Source: an uncultured Thermoleophilia bacterium (GTDB lineage: Bacteria; Actinomycetota; Thermoleophilia; Gaiellales; Gaiellaceae). Taken from it: DNA of 64,000 nucleotides. The position numbers were made by a program, and so were the translations under genes. The stretch's first letter is position 1. Every line of letters starts with the position of its first letter. The notes beneath the pieces are model-generated. The model did no database searches and was not told the DNA's origin. It was given only the letters and a program-made list of their open reading frames with translations. This document shows positions 39,932-49,000 of the stretch, in pieces. The stretch covers positions 139,610 to 203,609 of the forward strand of contig CAVTHM010000003.1 in NCBI GenBank assembly GCA_963734565.1, in the 5' to 3' direction.

Positions 39932-40816
39932 GTGCTGGGCGAGCTGCTGACGGCGATCGTCACGCCGTTCCACGAGGACGGCTCGATCGACGTGGAGCAG
40001 TTCCGGGCGCTCGCCCGCTACCTGGTCGACCACGGCTCGGACGGCATCGTCGTCGCGGGCACCACCGGCGAGTCGCCGACGCTCTCGGACGACGAGAAGC
40101 TGACCCTTTTCGAGGCGGCGGTGGACGAGCTCGGCGGCCGCGCGACCGTCGTGGCGGGCACGGGCACGTACGACACGGCGCAGTCCGTCCACCTCACCGA
40201 GCGCGCGCACGAGCTCGGCGTCGACGGGCTCCTCGTCGTCACGCCGTACTACAACAAGCCGCCGCAGCGCGGCATCGTCGCGCACTTCCGCGCGATCTCC
40301 GAGGCGAGCGACAAGCCGATCGTCGTCTACAACATCCCAGGCCGCGTGATCGTGAACATCGAGCCGGAGACGATCACCGAGCTCGCCGAGATCCCGAGCG
40401 TGAGGGCCGTCAAGCAGGCGAACGCCGACCTCGCGCAGGCGCGGCACATCGTCGAGAACACAGGGCTCACCCTGTACGCGGGCGACGACAACCTCGTCTA
40501 TCCGTTCCTCGAGCTCGGCGGCACCGGCGGGATCTGCGTGCGGACGCACATCGCCGGCGACCGCTTCCGGGAGCTGGTGCGCCTGTTCCGCGCCGGCGAC
40601 GCGGCTGGAGCCAAGCTGATCCACGAGGAGCTGACACCGCTCTTCGAGCTCGACGCGATCGCGGTCAACCCGATCCCGATCAAGACCGCGCTGAACATGC
40701 TCGGCCACTCGGTCGGCGGCTTCCGGCTGCCGCTCGTCGACGCGACGGACGCCGAGCGCGAGGCGATCCGCGTCGCCCTGGATCGCGCCGGCGTGCGCGC
40801 CCCGGCCGCCGCCTGA
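39932..40816 (+). CDS. dapA: 4-hydroxy-tetrahydrodipicolinate synthase
   Basis: Translation reads ..TAIVTPF..DGSID......L...LV..GSDG.VV.GTTGESPTLS..EK.., ..TPYYNKP.Q.G...HF..I........YNIPGR.., and the active-site region ..VKQA.. Confidence 0.9.
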   Translation: MLGELLTAIVTPFHEDGSIDVEQFRALARYLVDHGSDGIVVAGTTGESPTLSDDEKLTLFEAAVDELGGRATVVAGTGTYDTAQSVHLTERAHELGVDGLLVVTPYYNKPPQRGIVAHFRAISEASDKPIVVYNIPGRVIVNIEPETITELAEIPSVRAVKQANADLAQARHIVENTGLTLYAGDDNLVYPFLELGGTGGICVRTHIAGDRFRELVRLFRAGDAAGAKLIHEELTPLFELDAIAVNPIPIKTALNMLGHSVGGFRLPLVDATDAEREAIRVALDRAGVRAPAAA

Positions 40817-40819
40817 GCG

Positions 40820-40843
40820 CCAAGTAACAGTCTGTTACAAGGC
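40820..40843. repeat. AT-rich palindromic cassette, copy 2 (CCAAGTAACAGTCTGTTACAAGGC)
   Basis: Identical to copy 3. It starts 4 nt after the dapA stop. Confidence 0.85.
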
Positions 40844-40889
40844 GTCTCGGGCCAACCACTGCGGCCGCGCGTCACTCGAGCCGCTCAGA

Positions 40890-40913
40890 CCAAGTAACAG
40901 TCTGTTACAAGGC
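40890..40913. repeat. AT-rich palindromic cassette, copy 3 (CCAAGTAACAGTCTGTTACAAGGC)
   Basis: It lies exactly 70 bp from copy 2. Its TTA (40905-40907) is the complement of the TAA stop of the minus-strand HD-GYP gene. Confidence 0.85.
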
Positions 40914-42590
40914 TGCTTGGGCGGTGACCGCGTCGCCGGCACGTCGCGCGAGGCCGAGCACTTCCGGCTCGTCCGTGTAGAGCCGCTCCATCGCCTCGAT
41001 GACCACGGGGCAGAACTGCGTCCCGGCGTGGGTGCGCAGCTCCTCGACCGCCTCCGGGATGCTGCGGCCGAGCCGGTAGGGCCGGTCGCTCGTCAGCGCG
41101 TCGAACGCGTCGGCAACGAGCACGATCCGCGCCGGTAGCGGGATCTCGTCGCCCGCCTTGCCGTCCGGATAGCCGGCGCCGTCGATCCGCTCGTGGCTCG
41201 AGCGGGCGACCTGCAGAACGATGGGGTGGAGGCCAACCTCCGAGAGGATGTACTCGGAGATCACCGGATGTTCCTTCATGATCGCCCACTCGTCGTCGTC
41301 GAGCGGGCCAGGCTTCTGGAGGATGCGCTCCGGGATCCCGATCTTGCCGATGTCGTGCAGCAGCGCGCCGACCTCGACCGCCTCCAGGTCCGGGCCGTGG
41401 AAGCCGAGCCGGCGCGCGAGAGCGACGGCCACACCGGCAACGCGCTCCGTGTGGCCGCCTGTGTAGAAGTCCTTCGCCTCCATGCTCTTCGACAGCGCCG
41501 CGATGGTCGCCAGGTGCGTGCGGCGCACGTGCTCGACGAGGTCGGCGCTCTCGAGCGCCGTCGCGAGCTGCGGCACGATCGCCTCGCGGAGCCGGAGCCA
41601 GCGTGCCTCGTCCAGCGCGCCGCTGAGCTCGATGTCGAGCTTGCCGACCACCTTGCCGCCGGCGATCAGCTCGCGGCCCGTCGGCGCGTCGGCGTCGTGC
41701 ACGGACACGCGTGCTCCGGTGACACGCGCGAGCGCCTCGCGCGCGTACGAGACGAGCTCGGGGCGGTCGTGGGCCCGCGTCGCCAGCCCGCTCGCGAACT
41801 GCAGCACGGCCTGGAGATCGCCGTTCCGCGTGCCCAGCTCCTCGTTCGCGACGCGCAGCTCCTCGTTGGCGCGGCGCACCTCGGCGACGCCCGCCTTGCT
41901 GCGCTCGACGTACTGGCGCATCGAGAACATCATCATCGCCGGCGGCAGCGCGAAGGCCGCCAGGCCGGCGAGACCCATCGCGTCGTAGGCCGCAGTGAGC
42001 GCGTAGGCGAGCGGCGCGGCCACGAGGTAGTACGGGGTGAGCCAGCGGAAGCGCTCCCGCCACACCTCGAGCGGGGCAGCACGCTCGGCGAGCGCGAACG
42101 CAACGACGAGCAGCCCGACGTTGACGACCATGTAGGCCGCACCTGCGGCGACGGCCGCCGCGACGGCAGGGACCGGCGTCGCCTCGAGGCCCGCGTACAC
42201 GGCCGCGCCCGCGCCGGCCGAGAGCATGAACTGGGCGGTGTCGAAGATCCCGCGATTGATGCGGCCGCGCCGCGCGACGAAGTTGGCGACGCCCATCAGC
42301 GCCGCCGCCGCCATCGCCGGCCCCACGCCGAAGGTGAACCCGATCGCCAGCAGCCCGACGCTCGCGAAGCTCGTTGCGCCGCGGCCGTAGACCTCGATCG
42401 GGAGGAGCTGCAGCAGAAGCGTCAGCCCGACGAAGGCGATCAGCGCGGGCGCCTGTCCGGCGACCACCCCGCTCACCGACCCGATGACGAACAACTGCGC
42501 CGCGGCGGCGGCGCAGACGACGATCGAGACGTAGACGTTGGGGTCGCGCCGGGCCTCGCTGCCCGACACGCTCACTGCATGGGAGTTCAC
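40905..42590 (-). CDS. membrane-anchored HD-GYP domain protein (probable c-di-GMP phosphodiesterase)
   Basis: Multi-TM N-terminal half, a coiled segment, then ..YTGGHTERVAGVAVALA..LHDIGKIGIPE.IL.KPG.L...E...M..HP......HHERIDGAGYPDG.. Confidence 0.85.
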   Translation of the reverse strand: MNSHAVSVSGSEARRDPNVYVSIVVCAAAAAQLFVIGSVSGVVAGQAPALIAFVGLTLLLQLLPIEVYGRGATSFASVGLLAIGFTFGVGPAMAAAALMGVANFVARRGRINRGIFDTAQFMLSAGAGAAVYAGLEATPVPAVAAAVAAGAAYMVVNVGLLVVAFALAERAAPLEVWRERFRWLTPYYLVAAPLAYALTAAYDAMGLAGLAAFALPPAMMMFSMRQYVERSKAGVAEVRRANEELRVANEELGTRNGDLQAVLQFASGLATRAHDRPELVSYAREALARVTGARVSVHDADAPTGRELIAGGKVVGKLDIELSGALDEARWLRLREAIVPQLATALESADLVEHVRRTHLATIAALSKSMEAKDFYTGGHTERVAGVAVALARRLGFHGPDLEAVEVGALLHDIGKIGIPERILQKPGPLDDDEWAIMKEHPVISEYILSEVGLHPIVLQVARSSHERIDGAGYPDGKAGDEIPLPARIVLVADAFDALTSDRPYRLGRSIPEAVEELRTHAGTQFCPVVIEAMERLYTDEPEVLGLARRAGDAVTAQAAL

Positions 42591-42591
42591 C

Positions 42592-42963
42592 TTATCCCCA
42601 TGTATCGGCCGAATTCCCGTCGCTTGTAGCGTCGAGCGCGATCCGTCGGACGCCGAACGAGGCGGCGAGCCGGTTCAGGTCGCGAGCCTTCACGACGGCG
42701 CTGCGTGCGCTGATCAGGCGCAGCCGCTTGCCGTCGACGACATCTCCGTTGGGCACCCGTCCGAAGACGATGACGTGCACCTCACGGCTCCCGGCGAAGC
42801 GCAGGCAGCGCGCCTGGCCCGCCCGGTAGAAGCCCTTCACGCAGGCGGCCTGGACGACCTGCCGGTCGATGCTCCGGCGCGCGAAGGCCGGGCCGGCGAA
42901 CGCGAGCACGGCGAGCGCCGCGAGGAGCGCCGGAAGCGCAGCGTACGTCTTGGAGGGCCGCAT
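42592..42963 (-). CDS. small exported protein (hypothetical), upstream of and abutting the HD-GYP gene
   Basis: Signal peptide MRPSKTYAALPALLAALAVLAFAGPAFA. The stop lies 1 nt from the HD-GYP start. Confidence 0.5.
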   Translation of the reverse strand: MRPSKTYAALPALLAALAVLAFAGPAFARRSIDRQVVQAACVKGFYRAGQARCLRFAGSREVHVIVFGRVPNGDVVDGKRLRLISARSAVVKARDLNRLAASFGVRRIALDATSDGNSADTWG

Positions 42964-43063
42964 ACCCTCGTTCTCACGGTCACGGGGGACGACCGCACCC
43001 CCCTGAAGGGGTACGCGATCAACTCGATCGAGGGATTCAGGGGCGCGGCGTTAGGATCCCCAG

Positions 43064-44710
43064 GTGCTGCGGATCATCCCGCTCGGCGGCCTCGGCGAGG
43101 TCGGCAAGAACACCATGGTCTACGAGGTCGACGGCGAGATCGTCGTCGTGGACGCCGGACTCGCGTTCCCGCGCGACGAGCAGCTCGGCATCGACCTCGT
43201 CCTGCCCGACCTCACGTACCTGCGCGAGAACGCCTCGCGCGTGCGCGCGGTACTGCTGACCCACGGCCACGAGGATCACGTCGGCGGCCTGCCGTACCTG
43301 CTGCGCGAGGTGCCGGTGCCCGAGGTCTGGGCGACGAAGCTCACGCTGGCGCTCGTCCAGTCGAAGCTCGACGAGCACGGCCTGCTGCGCTCCGTAGAGC
43401 TGCGCGAGGCCGACCCCGAAGGCGAGCCCGTGCAGCTGGGCGCCTTCCGCGTCGAGTGGGTGCGCATGGCGCACTCGATCCCGGACACCACGGCGATCGT
43501 CCTCGAGACGTCCGCCGGCCGGGTCGTGCACACCGGCGACTACAAGATCGACCACACGCCGGTGGACGGCATCCGCACCGACGTGGGCCGGCTCGCCGAC
43601 ATCGGCAACCGCGGCGTCGACCTGCTCGTCGGCGACTCGACGAACGCCGAACGGCCGGGCGTAACCCGCTCCGAGAAGGTCGTCGGCGAGGCCTTCCGCC
43701 AGCTGATCCCCGTCCGCGACGGGCGCATCTTCGTCTCGTCCTTCGCCTCGAACGTCCATCGCATGCAGCAGGCGGTCAACGTCGCCGCCGAGGTGGGGCG
43801 GAAGGTCTGCGTCGTCGGCCGCTCGATGCGCAAGACGATGAACATCTCGCGCAACCTCGGCTACATCGACATCCCCGACGACATGCTGCTCAAGCCGCCG
43901 GACCTCGACGAGTACCCGCGTGGTCGCACGCTCGTGCTGTGCTCGGGGAGCCAGGGCGAGCCGCTCTCGGCGCTCACGCGAATCGCGTACAACGACCATC
44001 CATCGATCACCGTCGAGCGCGGGGACACCGTGATCATCTCGGCCAAGCCGATCCCGGGCAACGAGCTGCGCGTCCACGACACGATCAACGGCCTCGCGAA
44101 GCTGGGGGCCGAGGTCCTGCACGAGGAGAACGCGGTCGTGCACGTGTCGGGTCACGCAAACGCCGAGGAGCTCCGCACCGTGCTCTCGCTCGTGCGGCCG
44201 CGCTGCGTGATGCCGGTACACGGCGAGTACCGGATGCAGGCCGCGCACGCCCGCCTTGCGGAGGAATCTGGTGTTGCACCCGAATCGATCGTGATCGCCG
44301 AGAACGGCGACGTGGTCGAGCTGACACCGGATGCGATCCGCATCGCCGACCACGTCCACGCGGGCGTGACGTTCGTCGACGGACTCGGCGTCGGGGACGT
44401 GCGCGACGTCGCGATCCGGGACCGGCAGCGGCTCTCGGAGGACGGCGTCGTGATCGTCGTTGCAACGCTCGCGCCCTCGAACGGCGGGATGACCTCGCCG
44501 CCGGAGCTGATCGTGCGCGGCGTCGGCGACGCCCAGCCCATGCTCGACGAGCTCCGCGAGGAGGCCGACCAGGTGCTCCGCGCCTGCCTGGCCCAGAACA
44601 TCACCGAGATCAAGCTCCTCCAGGAGCACCTGCACGACAGCGTCGGCCAGCTGCTCTACGACCGCACCCGCCGCCGGCCGATGATCCTGCCGGTCATCGT
44701 CGAGATCTGA
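43064..44710 (+). CDS. rnj: ribonuclease J
   Basis: Translation reads ..IPLGGLGE.GKN..V.E.......DAG..FP..........PD..YL......V.A...THGHEDH.GGLPYLL.. with beta-CASP and C-terminal domains. Confidence 0.9.
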   Translation: MLRIIPLGGLGEVGKNTMVYEVDGEIVVVDAGLAFPRDEQLGIDLVLPDLTYLRENASRVRAVLLTHGHEDHVGGLPYLLREVPVPEVWATKLTLALVQSKLDEHGLLRSVELREADPEGEPVQLGAFRVEWVRMAHSIPDTTAIVLETSAGRVVHTGDYKIDHTPVDGIRTDVGRLADIGNRGVDLLVGDSTNAERPGVTRSEKVVGEAFRQLIPVRDGRIFVSSFASNVHRMQQAVNVAAEVGRKVCVVGRSMRKTMNISRNLGYIDIPDDMLLKPPDLDEYPRGRTLVLCSGSQGEPLSALTRIAYNDHPSITVERGDTVIISAKPIPGNELRVHDTINGLAKLGAEVLHEENAVVHVSGHANAEELRTVLSLVRPRCVMPVHGEYRMQAAHARLAEESGVAPESIVIAENGDVVELTPDAIRIADHVHAGVTFVDGLGVGDVRDVAIRDRQRLSEDGVVIVVATLAPSNGGMTSPPELIVRGVGDAQPMLDELREEADQVLRACLAQNITEIKLLQEHLHDSVGQLLYDRTRRRPMILPVIVEI

Positions 44711-44751
44711 CGCGGGTTGTCGCGGTCAGGCCCGCGGCGCAGGATTGACAC

Positions 44752-47628
44752 GTGACCGAGCTTCCCGCCGGCACCGTCACGTTCCTGTTCACGGACATGG
44801 AGGGGTCCACGCGACTGCTCTCGGCGCTCGGGCGCGAGCGCTACGGGCAAGTACTGGCCGCGCATCACCGCCTGCTGCGCGCCGTGTTCGAGGAGCACCG
44901 GGGCTTCGAGGTCGACACCCAGGGCGATGCGTTCTTCGTCGTCTTCCGGACAGCCGCCGACGCTGTAGCCGCCGCCGTCGCCGGGCAGCGGGCACTCGCC
45001 GAGCACGAGTGGCCCGAAGGCGCCCAGCCGCGCGTGCGTATGGGCCTGCACAGCGGCGAGGCGCTGCTCGAGGGCAACCACTACGTCGGCGTCGCCGTCC
45101 ACCGCGCGCAGCGCGTGTCATCCGCGGCCCACGGCGGGCAGATCCTCGTGTCCAACTCCACCCGCGAGCTGGTCGCCGACGAGCTGCCCTCGGGCGTCGT
45201 CGTCCTGCGCGACCTCGGCCTGCAGCAGCTGAAGGATCTCGACCGGCCGGAGCATGTCTTCCAGCTCGAGGCCGAGGGGCTGCAGCGCGCGTTCCCGCCG
45301 ATTCGCGGGAAAGCCCCCGCGCCGACCGGGCTGCGCCGCTGGGTGCCGCGCACGCGCTGGGCCCGCGCCGCCGCTGCCGTCACGGCACTCGCGCTCGTCG
45401 CCGCGATCCTCGCCGGGGCGCTGCTCAGGGGCGGAGACGGCGAGCCGCTCGCGCTCGGCTTGGAGGACGCCCTGGCGGCCGTCAACCCGGGCTCCGGCAA
45501 CGTGGATGACCGGTTCGCCGCAGGCGCAACTCCGTCCGCCGTGGCCGTGGGCGAGGGCGCGGTCTGGGTGCTGAGCTCCGACGACCGCACCATCTCGCGC
45601 ATCGACCCAGCCAGCGGCGAGCGCGTGCCGTTCACGACAAGCGCGACGCCGCTTGACCTCGCCACCGGTGCCGGATCGCTCTGGGTCGGGACCGGGTCGC
45701 AGCTCGCCGCCGTGCAGACTACGGGGCCGGTGATGACGGGGCTGGCCAAGGTTGCCCCGGGCACCCGCGCCGAGCGCAGCACGATCACGCTTCCACGCGA
45801 GGGCGGCGCCGTCTCGAACCGGAGCCAGCAGCATGTCGCCGTCGCCGACGACTTCGTCTGGGTCATCGGGCCCGACTACTCGATTTCGAGGGTTGATCGC
45901 GACACCGGCGAACGGGTCGCGACGCAGCGAGCCTTCCCCGCCGACGCCATCGCTGCCTCGGGCAAAGAGGTCTGGGCGATGCAGAACAGCGGGATAGTCG
46001 TGCAGCTCGACCCGCAGACCGGCGCGATACGGCGACGCGTGAAGCTGCCGGCAACCGCGCTCGACGCACTCGCGGTGGGAGAGGGCGCCGCATGGGCGAC
46101 CGCGGACGTGGACGGCGACCTGTGGCGCATCGACGTCGCCGGCAGCGGTCGGCCGTCATCGATTCCGGTCGGCGAAGGCGCGGGCGCCGTTGCCGTCGGC
46201 GAGGGCAAGGTCTGGGTGGCCAACCCCCTCCGCGGGACGATCGTTCAGGTGAGCCCGGGCTCGAACGCCGTCGAGCGAACGATTCCGGTCGGCGGCACTC
46301 CCCGCGCGCTCGCGGTCGGCGAGGGGAAGGTCTGGGTCGCAGTCACCACGGACGGCGGCACGGTCGCAGCCTCGAGCGGCCACGAGCAGGGCCTTCCCGC
46401 ATCGTTTTGCGACCAGGTCTTCTACGGCGGCGAGGGCTCGCCCGACTTCCTGATCGCGTCCGACCTGGCACTCCAGGGTGACGGCCGCCTTGCGAACGTC
46501 CAGATGGCGCAGGCGATCGCCTTCGTGGTGCGCACGCGGGGCTTCAAGGCCGGGTCGCACCGCATCGGCTACCAGTCCTGCGACGACTCGATCGCGCGCA
46601 CGGGCATCTTCGACGTGGACAAGTGCGCGGCGAACGCACGCGCCTACTCGGCCAATCCGAAGGTGATCGGAGTCGTCGGGACGTTCAACTCGCCCTGCGC
46701 GCTCGAGGAGGTGCCGATACTCAACCGCGCGCCGGGCCGAGGGCTCGCGATGATCTCGCCCACGAACTCGGCCATCGGGCTCACGCGCTACGGGCCGGGC
46801 GTCCCCCCGGGGACGATCACGCGCGTGTACCCGACGGGGAGGCGGAACTACGTCCGCGTGTACCCGACGGACGACTACGAGGCGGCGGGGTCGGCGCAGC
46901 TCGCCAGGCAGCTCGGCGCCCGACGCGTGACGGTTCTCTCGGACGGCGACCGGTTCTTCTCGGAGCCGCTCGTGGAGAGCTTCCGGACGGCGGCGCGCGC
47001 CCTCGGCGTGCGCGTGACGAGCGTGCGCCGCTGGGACCCCCATGCCCGGAGCTATCGCGCGGTCGCACGGCAGATCGCGCGCGAGCATCCGCAGGCCGTC
47101 TACCTGGCCGGCATCCTCGACGCGAACGGCGGGCAGGTCGTCAAGGACGTGCGCGGCGCGCTCGGCCCGCGCGTGCCCCTGCTCGGATCGAGCGGCTTCA
47201 CGCCGATCTCCTTCCTGTTCGAGCGGGCCGGCCCGTCGGCGCGCGGCATGTACGTCAGCGTCGCCGGGAAGGTCACGCCGAAGCTCGGCGCGCGCGCCCG
47301 GCGTTTCGTCAGCGAGTTCGGCTCGACCCAGCACGGGGCCGAAGTCGAGCTCCCGTCGATCTACGCCGCCCAGGCAGCCGAGGTGCTGCTCGACGCGATC
47401 GCACGGTCGGACGGCACGCGAGCGAGCGTGATCGAGGAGCTGTTCAAGACGCGCGTGCGCAACGGCATCCTCGGCAGCTTCGCGTTCGACCGAAACGGCG
47501 ACACGACGCTGAACGAGGTGACGATTCTCCGTGCGGAGGAGCCCGGCGGCGGCTCGACGGTCCAGAGCGTCGACGGGGCGGCGGTCGACCGCGTGCTCGT
47601 GCCGCCTCCGAAGCTCGTCGGCGGGTAG
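44752..47628 (+). CDS. multidomain protein: class III adenylate/guanylate cyclase, TM segment, YVTN/beta-propeller-like repeats, and a periplasmic-binding-protein type I (Leu/Ile/Val-binding-like) domain
   Basis: N-terminal GTVTFLFTDMEGSTRLL...G......H.......F..H.G......GD.FF.VF. One hydrophobic helix (..AAAAVTALALVAAILAGALL..). Repeated ..P.A.AVGEG.VWV.. units. C-terminal ..IGVVGTFNS.CA.......N......ISP.NS...LT.. PBP1 signature. Confidence 0.8.
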   Translation: MTELPAGTVTFLFTDMEGSTRLLSALGRERYGQVLAAHHRLLRAVFEEHRGFEVDTQGDAFFVVFRTAADAVAAAVAGQRALAEHEWPEGAQPRVRMGLHSGEALLEGNHYVGVAVHRAQRVSSAAHGGQILVSNSTRELVADELPSGVVVLRDLGLQQLKDLDRPEHVFQLEAEGLQRAFPPIRGKAPAPTGLRRWVPRTRWARAAAAVTALALVAAILAGALLRGGDGEPLALGLEDALAAVNPGSGNVDDRFAAGATPSAVAVGEGAVWVLSSDDRTISRIDPASGERVPFTTSATPLDLATGAGSLWVGTGSQLAAVQTTGPVMTGLAKVAPGTRAERSTITLPREGGAVSNRSQQHVAVADDFVWVIGPDYSISRVDRDTGERVATQRAFPADAIAASGKEVWAMQNSGIVVQLDPQTGAIRRRVKLPATALDALAVGEGAAWATADVDGDLWRIDVAGSGRPSSIPVGEGAGAVAVGEGKVWVANPLRGTIVQVSPGSNAVERTIPVGGTPRALAVGEGKVWVAVTTDGGTVAASSGHEQGLPASFCDQVFYGGEGSPDFLIASDLALQGDGRLANVQMAQAIAFVVRTRGFKAGSHRIGYQSCDDSIARTGIFDVDKCAANARAYSANPKVIGVVGTFNSPCALEEVPILNRAPGRGLAMISPTNSAIGLTRYGPGVPPGTITRVYPTGRRNYVRVYPTDDYEAAGSAQLARQLGARRVTVLSDGDRFFSEPLVESFRTAARALGVRVTSVRRWDPHARSYRAVARQIAREHPQAVYLAGILDANGGQVVKDVRGALGPRVPLLGSSGFTPISFLFERAGPSARGMYVSVAGKVTPKLGARARRFVSEFGSTQHGAEVELPSIYAAQAAEVLLDAIARSDGTRASVIEELFKTRVRNGILGSFAFDRNGDTTLNEVTILRAEEPGGGSTVQSVDGAAVDRVLVPPPKLVGG

Positions 47629-47972
47629 TCGCCGCGGAATCGTCAGCTCGTGAGCCTCGTCGACCGGCTCCGTGAGCTCTTTCGCCCCAGGCTGCCGAGT
47701 CGAGCAAGACGTCGAGCGCGCGCGGGCAGAAGCAGCGCGTCTCCGGCGAGACGTACTACCGCGACACCGGCATCGACCCTTCATGATCCGCCGCTTTGTC
47801 GCCTGGGTGCGGTTCCGCTGGCACAACCGCCCCAAGCCGGCCGGTTCAACACAGCGGACCTCGACCGCGACCGCTGGAGCCATGTGCCCGACGGCGAGCA
47901 GTACGACCGCACGCCCAAGTGGCCCGACTGCTTCTAGTGCGCAATCCGCGCTCACGTCCCTAGACTCAGATC

Positions 47973-48533
47973 GTGAGCGTCGTTCAGTCATCGAGCCGTC
48001 CCGGATGGCCGGAGGTACTGGCCTTCCACGCGGCCGACACCGGCACGGGCCCGCGCGTGATCGCGCAGCTGCGCGCGTGTGAGGTCTCGGCGCTCGCCTT
48101 CTGCCGGCTGCTCGAGCGCTGGGCCCGCGGCGACGCGGATCCCTGCACGCCGGGCAGGCGCGAGGCCGCGTTCCGCCGCGCCGCCGAGCGCGTCGAGACG
48201 GCGCTGGTCGGGCTCGAGGAGCCGCTCGGCCGCTACCTGCTCGAGCTCGAGCCCGACGAAGCCGAGTGCGCGTCGTGGTACGGCGAGCCGTCGAACGCCG
48301 AGTTCGTCGAGTGGGAGCCGGTGCTCCGCCGCGCAGGCGTCTCAGCGTCGGCGGCGCGGGTGACGCGCGCGTATCTCGAGCTGGCGGTCTTCGTCCGCGC
48401 GCTCGAGGGCCTCGCGTCGGCGGCCCAGTGGGACGCCGTTCCCGACCGCTCGGCCCTGTGGGCGGGCCTGTTCGACCTGCGCGAGAACCTCCTGAACGGC
48501 GCCGCGCAGGATCTGCGCGCGCTGGCTGCGTAA
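47973..48533 (+). CDS. hypothetical protein
   Basis: A 186-aa product with uniformly high GC3. No family was recognised. Confidence 0.55.
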   Translation: MSVVQSSSRPGWPEVLAFHAADTGTGPRVIAQLRACEVSALAFCRLLERWARGDADPCTPGRREAAFRRAAERVETALVGLEEPLGRYLLELEPDEAECASWYGEPSNAEFVEWEPVLRRAGVSASAARVTRAYLELAVFVRALEGLASAAQWDAVPDRSALWAGLFDLRENLLNGAAQDLRALAA

Positions 48534-48546
48534 CCCTGCCCCGCAG

Positions 48547-48644
48547 CACGCGGTAAGACCGTTACCCGTTTGAGACGGCCGCGCTCGGCAGGCGAGCAAG
48601 ACCGAGGGACAGGATTCATCCTGTCCCTCACCCGTCTGAGACAA
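48547..48644 (+). repeat. intergenic hairpin repeat, unit 1
   Basis: CACGCGGTAAGAC..ACCCGTTTGAGAC..TCGGCAGGCGAGCAAGACC-[GAGGGACAGGA-TTCA-TCCTGTCCCTC]-ACCCGTCTGAGACA. The 11-bp perfect hairpin lies at 48604-48629. Confidence 0.75.
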
Positions 48645-48726
48645 CTCGTCGTCGGTAGAGCGCTGGTCGATACGGACAGGCGAGGCGCCTCGACACGCGG
48701 TAAGACGATCTCCACTCCGCATGTCG

Positions 48727-48836
48727 TCTTGCTCGGCTCGCGAGAGCGAGCGCTCTGAGACGGGTGAGGGACAGGATGAATCCTGTCCCGTCGGTCTCAC
48801 GGGTCTCCGAGCGCGAGCGGTCTCAGACGGGTGAGC
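48727..48836 (-). repeat. intergenic hairpin repeat, unit 2 (inverted orientation)
   Basis: The reverse complement aligns with units 1 and 3: ..CACCCGTCTGAGAC..GGGACAGGATTCATCCTGTCCCTCACCCGTCTCAGAGCGCTCGC..AGCCGAGCAAGA. Confidence 0.7.
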
Positions 48837-48879
48837 AACCAGCGCGCTTCCGAGAGCGGGCTGTTCAAGACCGGCGCGC

Positions 48880-49000
48880 CACGCGGTAGGACGCACACCC
48901 GTCTGAGACAACCGCAATCGGCAGGCGAGCAAGACCGAGGGACGGGATTCATCCTGTCCCTCACCCGTCTTAGAGCGCTCGCCCACGGAGCCGAGCAAGA
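48880..49000 (+). repeat. intergenic hairpin repeat, unit 3
   Basis: Clearly homologous to unit 1 over about 95 bp (by-eye alignment, with substitutions). The hairpin at 48937-48962 carries an A-to-G change that keeps pairing as G.U. The unit ends 58 nt before the ftsK ATG. Confidence 0.75.

Noticed and set aside
46156-48549. 797-aa minus-strand ORF, together with other long shadow ORFs (6856-8652 minus, 9808-12201 plus, 42538-44748 plus, 28268-29764 minus, 24341-25903 minus, 36219-38270 plus).
   Set aside because: Each overlaps a well-supported gene in another frame or strand. Each is dominated by R/A/P/G runs and lacks any recognisable domain or sensible start context.
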